Shown here piece by piece: positions 30,066 through 39,353 of a stretch of DNA of 64,000 bases (position 1 is the first letter of the stretch; every line of letters begins with the position of its first letter). The stretch is from Syntrophales bacterium. Lineage in GTDB: Bacteria > Desulfobacterota > Syntrophia > Syntrophales > UBA2210. The stretch covers positions 1,216,001 to 1,280,000 of the forward strand of contig CAXXKT010000001.1 of assembly GCA_963662405.2 (NCBI GenBank), written 5' to 3'. Below the pieces are notes generated by a model that made no database searches, had not been told where the DNA came from, and saw nothing but the letters and a program-made list of their open reading frames with translations. A program made the translations under genes and the position numbers.

Positions 30066-31541
30066 TCAAGGATCGGTCTTCCGACGATATTGGCCATAGC
30101 GGACCAGGCGAGCCAGGACCTGGGCGGGGCGGCGCGATGACGGGTAGATCAGGACATTTTTCCGGCGCAGCTCCAGGACCGCCTCGTTGTTGTCTCGATC
30201 GGCCCCGGCGATATATTCCGAAGCGAGGAGGACCGGTTTTTCGTAGGTGGTGATCGTGTCCAGGATGAAGTTCGCCCCCCGGATGTCGGAGTGGAGGGTC
30301 GCATCGATGTAGGAGATATATGCCGGGGTGTCCCTGTCGGGGGCCGATGCGAGGGCCGCGACATTCGCCTGCCCGTATCCGAATCCGAGGGCGATGACGG
30401 CATCGATTCGATCGCACCGGGCTACGATCTCGATGGCCTTGAAGAAGGCCCCCCTGCTCATCCCGGCCACCATGTCCACGGGGTTCTGCCGGTTCCACCA
30501 GGCCGGGAGCCTTTTATCGAGGAGGCGCAGCGTCTCTTCGGGGAGGGGGGCAATCTCCAGCCCTGCCTCGGTGGAGGCGTCGGCGGTGAGGACCGCCCAT
30601 CCGCCGCCGTTTGCCACGATTCCCACGCGGTTCCCGTGGGGGATCGGCTGGGAGAGAAACGCAACCGCCGTATCGATCAGGTCCTCCACATCGGAGACGC
30701 GGGTAATCCCGCACTGTCGGCAGACGGCGTCGAAGACCGTGTCAGAGCCGGCGATGGACCCGGTGTGGGACCGCGCCGCACTGATTCCCTGGTCTGATCT
30801 CCCTCCCTTAATGACAATGAAAGGTTTCTTCCGGGTCAGTCGCTTCGCGACCCTCATGAAGGACTCTCCGTCGTCGATCCCCTCGATGTAGGCGACGACG
30901 ACACGGCTGAGGTCGTCGTCGATCAGGTATTCCAGTATATCCTCGGTCTTCACGAGGGCCTGATTCCCCAGGCTGATGCACCGGCTGACGCCGATATCCT
31001 GCTTCCAGAGCATAAACTGGATCGATCCGGCGATGTTACCGCTCTGCGATACGACGGCGATATGACCGGCGGGAGGGAAGTTGGGCTGCATCATGCAGTA
31101 CAGACTCGCCGGCTCGGTGCTGATGATCCCGGCGCAATTGGGCCCCACCATGGCGACATGGGCCTCCCGGGCGGCCCTCACGATCTCCTCTTCGAGCGCT
31201 TCCCCCCCCTTGCCGAGTTCGGCGAATCCGGCGGTGATGACCACGCAGGCGGAGATGCCGAGGGCTTCGCACTCGGTGATGGCGGCTGCCACCTTCCCGG
31301 GAGGGAGGAGGATGAAGGCAAGATCGACGGGGCCGGGGATCTCCTGCAGGGTCCGGTATGCTCGAAGCCCCAGCATCTCCCCGCCGGCCGGGTTGACCGG
31401 GTATATGACGCCGCGGTACCCCCCCCGGAGGAGGTGGAGGGTGAAGGTGAAGCCCCACTTGCCGATGGTCCGCGACGCCCCGACGATCGCGACCGATCGG
31501 GGATTAAACATCGGTTCCATCTTCCCCTGTATATCCTCCAC
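30066..31541 (-). CDS. Acyl-CoA synthetase (NDP-forming) alpha subunit
   Basis: PRSVAIVGAS, GPNC, SQSG and phospho-His SHTG. No ATP-grasp domain. Confidence 0.87.
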   Translation of the reverse strand: MEDIQGKMEPMFNPRSVAIVGASRTIGKWGFTFTLHLLRGGYRGVIYPVNPAGGEMLGLRAYRTLQEIPGPVDLAFILLPPGKVAAAITECEALGISACVVITAGFAELGKGGEALEEEIVRAAREAHVAMVGPNCAGIISTEPASLYCMMQPNFPPAGHIAVVSQSGNIAGSIQFMLWKQDIGVSRCISLGNQALVKTEDILEYLIDDDLSRVVVAYIEGIDDGESFMRVAKRLTRKKPFIVIKGGRSDQGISAARSHTGSIAGSDTVFDAVCRQCGITRVSDVEDLIDTAVAFLSQPIPHGNRVGIVANGGGWAVLTADASTEAGLEIAPLPEETLRLLDKRLPAWWNRQNPVDMVAGMSRGAFFKAIEIVARCDRIDAVIALGFGYGQANVAALASAPDRDTPAYISYIDATLHSDIRGANFILDTITTYEKPVLLASEYIAGADRDNNEAVLELRRKNVLIYPSSRRPAQVLARLVRYGQYRRKTDP

Positions 31542-31620
31542 GGCTCACTCTCCGGTCCTGTGGAGATCTATACCACAGATGAATTAAAGGGTACAACGGT
31601 TCCGCCGTCTGTCGATACCC

Positions 31621-33141
31621 CTATTTCCCGGACTGGATGGGATCCCAGTCGTACCCCCAGACGGCGCTGTTGGACGGCACCTTGTAGTTTCTCCTTTCCT
31701 GGTAGGAGGGATACCGCCGGGATCCACCCTCTTTCGGCAGCATGGGGACGGGGAAATGGGGGGCGATAAGCCCATGGGCGTGGGCCTCTCGTTCGAGCCA
31801 TTCCCGGTCATCGGGGTGGGCAATGGAGATCAGTGCCGCGGTCCGTTCATAACCGTTGAGGCCACGGAGGTTGACGATCCCGTATTCGGTGCAGACATAG
31901 TGGGCGAACTGGGCCGGGAGATCGACGGACGATCCCTCGGGGAGGAAGGGGACAATGCGCGATTGTCCCTCCTTGTTTCGTGCCGTCATACAGGCGACCC
32001 CTCGGCCACCCCTCGACTGGGAGCAGAAGCACAGGAACTGGAAGTAGCCGCCGGTACTGGAGATGGGGCGTTTTTTGTAGAAACCTGCGCTCTGTTGTCC
32101 CAGGAGGTCGACGGCAATGCAGTTGTTGATGGCGATCATGTTGTCGATCCTGGTCAGGATGTGCAGGTTATTGGTATAATCCACATCATAGACCGCCAGG
32201 TGTTGGTTGCGATGGATCGTATCGTAGTACCACTGCGTGTCGACGGGGAAGGCGAAGGTCCAGACACTCCTCCCCTGGTCCAGGGTTTTATACCGATTGG
32301 TAACCTGGCCCGATTCGATCAGCTTGAGCAGGCCGTAGTTGAGCATCTCCGTGTGGACACCGAGATCCTTCAGCCCTGCATCCGCCATCGCCGCCACGCA
32401 GGCCGACGGGAGCGACCCGATGCCGAGCTGGATAACATCCCGGTCATCCATGATGGAGAGGATATTACGGGCGATCTGTTGCTCCTGCGGGGTGGGGGTC
32501 ATGGCCTTCTCGTCGATCTGGGGCCAGGCATATCGCTCGCAGTCCACCTCAACCCAGTAGTCCACGTCATCGATATGGATGGTGTTGAACCGTCCCCCCT
32601 CGGCCCACGGGTAGTCTTCCCGCACCTCAACGACGACCTTCTTGGAGGACTCTTGGAATATCTTGGCATTGTTCGTCCCGTACGACCAGTTGAAAAAGCC
32701 GTTTTCGTCGACCGGTGTGGCGGCGTTGATCCACCAGTCGATCCCGCGATTCGCGCGGTCTCCGTTGGCGAAACGGTAGTGATGCCACCAACTGCCGATG
32801 GTCCATCCCCACTGTGCCCAGCTGGTTACCCCGTGGGTATCCCGTGCCTGACGGTTCCAGGGGAAGAAGAAATAATCATGGAAACAGTGATATCGCTGGA
32901 GGGGATCAACCTCTTGGAATCGCAGTTGCGGATAAAACTTGCCGTAATTCCAGATCTCGATGTCTCGAAGATCGGACGGACCATCTCCGAGCCTGTTCGC
33001 CAGGGCCTCCATGCATGCCGTCGGGTCGCCGCCGACCGTCCCGTTGGTAATCCACTCTCCCGGCCGAATCATGTCGGCAATCTGGCCGGGAGTTTTTTTT
33101 CTGTCTCGAATCTTCTGCTGAATCGGCGTTGTCATCCCCAT
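31621..33141 (-). CDS. Acetyl-CoA hydrolase/4-hydroxybutyrate CoA-transferase family protein
   Basis: IQLGIGSLP, VHTEM (catalytic Glu), VCTEYGIVNLRG and IAHPD. Confidence 0.85.
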   Translation of the reverse strand: MGMTTPIQQKIRDRKKTPGQIADMIRPGEWITNGTVGGDPTACMEALANRLGDGPSDLRDIEIWNYGKFYPQLRFQEVDPLQRYHCFHDYFFFPWNRQARDTHGVTSWAQWGWTIGSWWHHYRFANGDRANRGIDWWINAATPVDENGFFNWSYGTNNAKIFQESSKKVVVEVREDYPWAEGGRFNTIHIDDVDYWVEVDCERYAWPQIDEKAMTPTPQEQQIARNILSIMDDRDVIQLGIGSLPSACVAAMADAGLKDLGVHTEMLNYGLLKLIESGQVTNRYKTLDQGRSVWTFAFPVDTQWYYDTIHRNQHLAVYDVDYTNNLHILTRIDNMIAINNCIAVDLLGQQSAGFYKKRPISSTGGYFQFLCFCSQSRGGRGVACMTARNKEGQSRIVPFLPEGSSVDLPAQFAHYVCTEYGIVNLRGLNGYERTAALISIAHPDDREWLEREAHAHGLIAPHFPVPMLPKEGGSRRYPSYQERRNYKVPSNSAVWGYDWDPIQSGK

Positions 33142-33309
33142 TCTCTACCTTTCTCATCGTTCTGTTGTCTCGCAATGCATGAGCGTCTGATCATGTCAAA
33201 AAGAGCAGCCCGAGCCCCTTCTCGCCTGGCTGCCCAGTGCAAAAAATTCCAACTTTATAAAGGATCTCGGAACGGTTTGTCAATCCAATTTCTGTTTTCA
33301 TTTTTTTTC

Positions 33310-33355
33310 TTGACATTGGAGGCCATCTTGCTTAAAAAAGTGTGACCCTTGGTCA
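33310..33355 (+). promoter_or_regulatory. sigma70 promoter with an adjacent palindrome (candidate TetR operator)
   Basis: TTGACA-N17-TAAAAA followed by TGACC-ctt-GGTCA at 33343-33355. Confidence 0.5.
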
Positions 33356-33439
33356 TAATCTGACCTTTATCCGCCTCTTTTTACTGTTACAGGATTTAAG
33401 CTGTTGACTTTCAAATACTTTTGAGAAGGAAATTGCGGA

Positions 33440-34099
33440 ATGCCGGGACCCGAAAAGCGTCGGGAGAGAGAAAGAGAACAGAGGAGACAGGTCATTCTCA
33501 AGGCGGCAAAGAAGCTGTTCGTTGAAAACGGTTTCAGATCCGTAACCGTAGCGAATATTGCCGAGAAAGCCGAGCTGAGCAAGGGGGCGATCTATCTTTA
33601 CTTCAGCAGTAAAGAGGAGATATACGCTCAGATTCTTCTGACCGATATTGAAATATTTCATAAAGAGATCTTACAGATATTCGACAATCAAAAAAACACG
33701 ACGGATGTTCTGCTCGATTTCGCCAATGCCTATATCGATATCTTCCTGAAAGAACGCGAACAGTTCAGGATATTGATGAACTTTATGCTCCAGGCGGACA
33801 GTCTCAGCCTCTCAAATGAGACCCGTCGTCAGATCATCCGGGAGATGAACCGGACCATTTCGCTGATCGAAAAGATTCTCCAGCATGGTGTCGAGGCGGG
33901 AAACCTGACACTGAAAAAATCGGATATTCGAAAAATGAGGAATGCCCTGTGGGGACTTCTCAACGGGATCATATCGCTCCACCTCTTTGTCGGGACCGAA
34001 TCGATGCGGGAGGAGAGAATTCGATCCAATGTCAGAGAAGGCATAGAAACCATGATAGAAGGACTAAAGAATAAGCAGGAGGTGGCAGGCAATGAGTAA
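33440..34099 (+). CDS. TetR/AcrR-family regulator
   Basis: ILKAAKKLF..G..VTVANIAEKAELSKGAIYLYFSSKEE. Confidence 0.92.
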   Translation: MPGPEKRREREREQRRQVILKAAKKLFVENGFRSVTVANIAEKAELSKGAIYLYFSSKEEIYAQILLTDIEIFHKEILQIFDNQKNTTDVLLDFANAYIDIFLKEREQFRILMNFMLQADSLSLSNETRRQIIREMNRTISLIEKILQHGVEAGNLTLKKSDIRKMRNALWGLLNGIISLHLFVGTESMREERIRSNVREGIETMIEGLKNKQEVAGNE

Positions 34100-35903
34100 T
34101 TTGTTGGTGAATACGAGGGATCAGAAATTTGTGCTGTACGAACAGATCGGTATCGATAAGCTGTATGGCTTCGAAAAGTATGCCGATTATTCACAGGAAG
34201 TCGTGGACATGGTGCTCAGCGAAGCCGAGAAGATGGCCGTGGAAGTGATCGCTCCGACCCTTGAGGAAGGTGATAAGGAGGGTGCCCAGTTCAAGGACGG
34301 AAAGGCCTACGCCCCCGCCTGCTTGCACGAGTCGTTCAAGACCTTCTGCGAGGCGGGATGGGTGTGCGCTGCCAAAGATCCGGAGGTGGGAGGACAGAAC
34401 CTGCCCCTGTCGGTACACTCGGCGTGCTGGGAACTTTTTGCCGCCGGCCACATGGCCTTCAGCATGTATTCCAGCCTGACCACCGGGGCCGCGGGGCTGA
34501 TCGATGTCCACGGTACCGAGGAACTCAAGAATAAGTATATGTACAGGATGTATGCGGGCGAATGGGGTGGGACGATGTGTCTCACCGAGCCAGGTGCGGG
34601 GAGCGACGTTGGTGCCCTGCGGACGACGGCAAAGCGGCTTCCCGACGGTACCTACAGCATTACGGGTACCAAGTGTTTCATCTCCTCGGGCGACCACGAC
34701 CTGACGGAGAATATCGTCCACCCGGTCCTGGCGAGGATCGAGGGTGATCCAGCCGGGACAAAGGGGATTTCGATCTTTATCGTTCCGAAGATTCGTGTCA
34801 ACGATGACGGGAGTCTGGGAGAACCGAACGATGTTACCACCGGAAATATCGAGCACAAAATGGGAATTCGGGCATCGGCCACGGCGACCCTGAACTTCGG
34901 CGAGAACGGCAACTGTATCGGCGAACTTCTCGGCAATGAGCGGGAAGGGATGAAGATCATGTTCCAGATGATGAATGAGGCCCGACTCGATGTGGGTATC
35001 CAGGGAATGAGCATCGCCTCGGCCGCCTATGAACATGCCGTCCAGTACGCCAAAGAGAGGATCCAGAGTTCATCCGCCTTGGCCGGGAAAGGTGCAGGGG
35101 CGGTTGCCATTATCAATCATCCCCCGGTGAGAAGGATGTTGCTGTGGATGAAGGCATACCTCGAGGGGATCAGGGCACTCAACTACTTCACGGGGTTCTG
35201 CATCGACATGGCCGAGGCATCGGATTCCGAGGAGGAGCGGCAAAAGTATCACGGATATGCGGGGCTCCTCACCCCGATCTGCAAGGCCTTCTCATCCGAT
35301 AGGGGCGTGGATATCTGCTCCAAGGCGATGGATGTTTACGGCGGATACGGTTTCTGCCAGGAGTACCCTGTCGAACAGTATCTCAGGGATTGCAAGATCA
35401 CCCAGATCTATGAGGGGACGAATCAAATCCAGGCCATGGATCTTGTCGGCAGGAAACTGGGGATGAATAACGGGCAGAATGTGATGAACCTGTTCGCTGA
35501 TATTGCCGCGACGATCGAGAAGCTGAAGGGGGTTGAAGATCTGAAGCCCTCAACCGCGAAGCTGGCGGAGGCCTCCGCCGCCGTGATGGAACTTCCTCCC
35601 GTCTTTACCGACTGTTTCAAGTCCGGCAAGGCGGCCGTTCCGATCCAGAACGTTGAGCCCTTCCTGGCGGTCATGGGTGATGTGATCTGTGGGTGGTTTA
35701 TCCTCCAGGGGGCGGGGATCGCCCTCGAAAAACTGGCCTCCCTGGATCCCGGCGATGTCGATGTCCCCTTCTATCAGGGGAAGGTGATGTCGGCACGCTT
35801 TTTCGCCGCCGAGATCCTTCCGACCGTCAAGACCAGGTGTGAGATCATCAAGGAAAACGAGGCGCTTGCCGTCCAAATCGCGGAGGAATCCTTTGCGATA
35901 TAG
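34092..35903 (+). CDS. Acyl-CoA dehydrogenase (about 600-aa type)
   Basis: MCLTEPGAGSD, EHKMG, MNEARL and IYEGTN. Confidence 0.92.
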   Translation: MSNLLVNTRDQKFVLYEQIGIDKLYGFEKYADYSQEVVDMVLSEAEKMAVEVIAPTLEEGDKEGAQFKDGKAYAPACLHESFKTFCEAGWVCAAKDPEVGGQNLPLSVHSACWELFAAGHMAFSMYSSLTTGAAGLIDVHGTEELKNKYMYRMYAGEWGGTMCLTEPGAGSDVGALRTTAKRLPDGTYSITGTKCFISSGDHDLTENIVHPVLARIEGDPAGTKGISIFIVPKIRVNDDGSLGEPNDVTTGNIEHKMGIRASATATLNFGENGNCIGELLGNEREGMKIMFQMMNEARLDVGIQGMSIASAAYEHAVQYAKERIQSSSALAGKGAGAVAIINHPPVRRMLLWMKAYLEGIRALNYFTGFCIDMAEASDSEEERQKYHGYAGLLTPICKAFSSDRGVDICSKAMDVYGGYGFCQEYPVEQYLRDCKITQIYEGTNQIQAMDLVGRKLGMNNGQNVMNLFADIAATIEKLKGVEDLKPSTAKLAEASAAVMELPPVFTDCFKSGKAAVPIQNVEPFLAVMGDVICGWFILQGAGIALEKLASLDPGDVDVPFYQGKVMSARFFAAEILPTVKTRCEIIKENEALAVQIAEESFAI

Positions 35904-36038
35904 ATATCGGTAAGAGGGTATGACCGAAAGGGCACCTGAGGGACCGGGTGCGCTTCCGGCCATAATGGAATGCGGATCAATGAGGGGGGGACCTCATCGT
36001 CTTCTCTCTGCTTCAAAAACTGTGCGGAGGTTGTTACA

Positions 36039-37217
36039 ATGAAAGAATGTGTGGTTATCGATGGTATCAGAAGTGCGAATGCCCGGGCTCACAAGGACAA
36101 GGGGTGGTTTCGGAATGTGCGGCCCGAAGAACTGTTGATCCAGGTGTACCAGGAACTCTTCAAACGGAACCCGCAGGTCAAACCAGAAGACGTGGATTCG
36201 GTCTTCTGCGGTACGGCGAATCAGGCGGGAATGCAGAACGATATCGCCAGGCTGGCCTGGCTGGCCGGTGGTTTTCCCGAATCGGTGGCGGCGAACGGCG
36301 TGGGGCAGCAGTGCTGCTCGGGCATGGCGGCGACCGAACATGCCGCCCGGGCGATCATGTGTGGGGAGGGAGATATCTATATAGCATCGGGTGTCGAAGA
36401 TATGCAAAAGGTCCCCATGTCATTTGCCATGGATTTTCCCCCGAAGATGCTCGAACGGTACAAATTCGAGGATATCCCCATGGGAGCCACCGCCGAGAAG
36501 GTCGCCGAACTCTGGAAGGTGGACCGTGTTGACATGGAAAACATGGCCTACTGGAGCAACAAGAAGGCGGCCGAGGCCCGCGATGCGGGAAAATTCAAGG
36601 GTGAAATCGTTCCCATTGAGGGAGAAGAAGAAGACGGAACGAAGTTCATGGTCGACCGTGACCAGTGGATTCGGGATAATGTCTCGATGGAACAAATGGC
36701 GACCATGAAATCTCCCTTCAAGGAGAACGGTATTGTCACTGCTGCCTTATCGTCTCCTCTGACGTCGGGCGCTGCCGCACTGCTCCTCATGAGCCGCGAA
36801 AAGGCCGATGAACTGGGACTGGACTACCACATTAAATATGTCCACGGTGCCATGGCCGGTTGCGATCCCACCGTGATGGGGATCGGGCCCATTGCCGCCG
36901 CCCGGAAGCTCCTCGACCGGACGGGGTTGACGGTACAGGACATCGGCGTCTGGGAACTGAACGAGGCCTTCGGAAGTCAGTCCCTGGCGGTGGTGCGCGA
37001 TCTGGGTATTGCCGAAAACGCCCCCTTCGATAACGTGAATGTCTGGGGCGGTGCCCTGGCGCTTGGTCACCCCCTGGGGGAGTCCGGCCTCAGGATCATC
37101 GTCACGCTGAACAACGTCATGAAGACGGACTTCGCGGATGCCAAGTACGGCGTTGCCATGCTCTGCGGCGGTTTCGGAAATGCCAATGCATCGCTTTGGG
37201 AGAAGGTGGAGAAATAG
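36039..37217 (+). CDS. Thiolase (acetyl-CoA C-acyltransferase)
   Basis: QQCCSG, NEAF, GHPLG and LCGGFG. GGAGG SD precedes ATG 36039. Confidence 0.9.
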   Translation: MKECVVIDGIRSANARAHKDKGWFRNVRPEELLIQVYQELFKRNPQVKPEDVDSVFCGTANQAGMQNDIARLAWLAGGFPESVAANGVGQQCCSGMAATEHAARAIMCGEGDIYIASGVEDMQKVPMSFAMDFPPKMLERYKFEDIPMGATAEKVAELWKVDRVDMENMAYWSNKKAAEARDAGKFKGEIVPIEGEEEDGTKFMVDRDQWIRDNVSMEQMATMKSPFKENGIVTAALSSPLTSGAAALLLMSREKADELGLDYHIKYVHGAMAGCDPTVMGIGPIAAARKLLDRTGLTVQDIGVWELNEAFGSQSLAVVRDLGIAENAPFDNVNVWGGALALGHPLGESGLRIIVTLNNVMKTDFADAKYGVAMLCGGFGNANASLWEKVEK

Positions 37218-37432
37218 GGGCGCCTGCCGAGGAAGTGGTCAAGCGATAGCCTTTCGGAAGGGTCGTATATGTGCCTGACGATTTCACACGGCGGCGAATA
37301 CAGACAATCATGTAATGGAGTGATGGATGTCCTGCCCTGGGTGGCCAAGCCAGCGCAGGGCAACTGTCGCATGTTCCGGGGGGATGGAGTATCCCCTGAG
37401 CACGGTAACAACACTATTATGAGGAGGGTATT

Positions 37433-39289
37433 ATGAGTAATTCATTGGTGAACACACGTGATCAGCGTTTTGTGCTGTACGAGCAGATCGGTATTGAGAA
37501 CCTCTTTGATTATGAGAAGTATGCCGACTACTCGAAGGATATGGTCGACATGGTCCTGACCGAAGCGGAAAAATTCGCGGTGGAAGAGATCTTGCCCACG
37601 TACGAGATTGCGGACAAAGAGGACCCCGCGGTCTTCAAGGACGGGAATGCTTACGCGCCGAAGTGCTATCACAAGCCCTTCAAGAATCTCCGCGAGGCGG
37701 GGTGGTTCTGTCCCCTCTTCCCGGTCGAGGTAGGCGGGCAGGGGATGCCCAAGGTGATCCATAATTCCATCAGCGAGATGTTCGGTTCCGCCAACTATTC
37801 CTTCATGATGTATGTGGGGCTGACGCTGGGTGCCGCCGGGCTGATCATGGAATACGGGACCGAAGAACAGAAGAACAAATACCTCTACAAGATGTGCGAA
37901 GGCCTCTGGGGCGGGACCATGTGTCTCACCGAGCCCGGAGCCGGGAGTGACGTCGGTGCCTCGCGGACTACGGCCAAACGCCTTCCCGATGGTACCTACA
38001 GCATCACGGGGACCAAGTGTTTCATCTCCTCGGGGGATCATGATCTGACGGAAAACATCATCCATCCCGTTCTGGCGAGGATCGAGGGTGATCCCGCGGG
38101 TACGAAGGGGATATCGATCTTTCTCGTCCCCAAGATCCGCGTCAACGACGACGGGAGCCTCGGAGAGTCGAACGACGTCATCACGGGGAACATCGAGCAC
38201 AAGATGGGGATCAAGGGATCGGCCACGGCGACCCTGAACTTCGGCGAGAACGGCAACTGCATCGGTGAGCTTCTCGGCAACGAGCGGGAAGGGATGAAGA
38301 TCATGTTCCAGATGATGAATGAGGCCCGCCTGGGGACCGGGATGCAGGGACTCGACCACGCCTCTGCCGCCCTGGAACACGCTATCGCGTACGCCAAGGA
38401 GCGTATCCAGAGCCGCGATATGACCTCGCCGTCGCCGGAAGGTGCCCCGATCATCCGACACCCCGATATCCGGCGTTCTCTCCTCTACATCAAGTCACAT
38501 GTCGAGGGGATGCGGTCGATGAACTACTGGATCGGCTACTGCATCGACATGGCGGAGATCGCCGAGACGGAAGAGGAACGGGCGAAGTGGGATGGATACG
38601 TGGAACTGATCACGCCGGTCATCAAGGCCTACTGCTCCGACAAGGGCGTGGAGCTCTGTTCGCTGGCCATGGATATCTACGGCGGCTATGGCTACTGCCA
38701 GGAGTATCCCATCGAGCAGTATATGCGTGACTGTAAGATCGCCCCCATCTACGAGGGGACGAATGCCATCCAGTCCCTCGACCTGGTCTTCCGGAAACTG
38801 GGCCAGCGCAAGGGGCAGAACGCGATGAATCTCCTCACCGACATAGGAGCCACCGTCGAGAAGTGCAAGGCAATCGAAGGGCTGAAGGACTACGCCGGAT
38901 ACCTGGGCGGGGCCTCGGCCGCCTTCGGCGATATGCTGATGCAGTTCGGGACGTGGCTCAAGGGCGGTGAATTTATGGCCCCCCTCATCAACACCCGGCC
39001 CTTCCTGATGGTCATGGGAGATGTCATTACCGGGTGGAGGCTCCTGGATGCGGCGGTCATCGCTTGGGAGAAGCTGGATGCCCTGTTCAAAGAAGCGGGA
39101 GCGGATACACCTGAAGCTCAACGTGAACTTGGTAAAAATAATGGTGAAGTAGCGTTCTATCTGGGAAAGGTTGCCTCGGCGAAATATTTCGCAACGAACA
39201 TTCTGACGACTGTGGAATCTCGGTTCAACGTGATCAAGCTGGCTGATAAGACTCCTGTGGAGATGCTTGAAGAGTCCTTCACGATCTGA
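37433..39289 (+). CDS. Acyl-CoA dehydrogenase, paralog of 34092..35903
   Basis: Same motifs as the paralog, including IYEGTN. Confidence 0.92.
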   Translation: MSNSLVNTRDQRFVLYEQIGIENLFDYEKYADYSKDMVDMVLTEAEKFAVEEILPTYEIADKEDPAVFKDGNAYAPKCYHKPFKNLREAGWFCPLFPVEVGGQGMPKVIHNSISEMFGSANYSFMMYVGLTLGAAGLIMEYGTEEQKNKYLYKMCEGLWGGTMCLTEPGAGSDVGASRTTAKRLPDGTYSITGTKCFISSGDHDLTENIIHPVLARIEGDPAGTKGISIFLVPKIRVNDDGSLGESNDVITGNIEHKMGIKGSATATLNFGENGNCIGELLGNEREGMKIMFQMMNEARLGTGMQGLDHASAALEHAIAYAKERIQSRDMTSPSPEGAPIIRHPDIRRSLLYIKSHVEGMRSMNYWIGYCIDMAEIAETEEERAKWDGYVELITPVIKAYCSDKGVELCSLAMDIYGGYGYCQEYPIEQYMRDCKIAPIYEGTNAIQSLDLVFRKLGQRKGQNAMNLLTDIGATVEKCKAIEGLKDYAGYLGGASAAFGDMLMQFGTWLKGGEFMAPLINTRPFLMVMGDVITGWRLLDAAVIAWEKLDALFKEAGADTPEAQRELGKNNGEVAFYLGKVASAKYFATNILTTVESRFNVIKLADKTPVEMLEESFTI

Positions 39290-39314
39290 TCGTATCGGTT
39301 CCGTTTCTTTGCCG

Positions 39315-39348
39315 GAGGGGGATTCCTGAGGAATCCCCCTCTTTTTTT
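39315..39348 (+). terminator. Intrinsic terminator between convergent ACAD genes
   Basis: GAGGGGGATTCC-tga-GGAATCCCCCTC followed by T7. Confidence 0.8.
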
Positions 39349-39353
39349 GTTCA

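Noticed and set aside
17184..33345. Long antisense ORFs (e.g. 17184..18428, 18337..19920, 31756..33345)
   Set aside because: Shadow frames of well-supported genes in GC-rich DNA, with no motifs.
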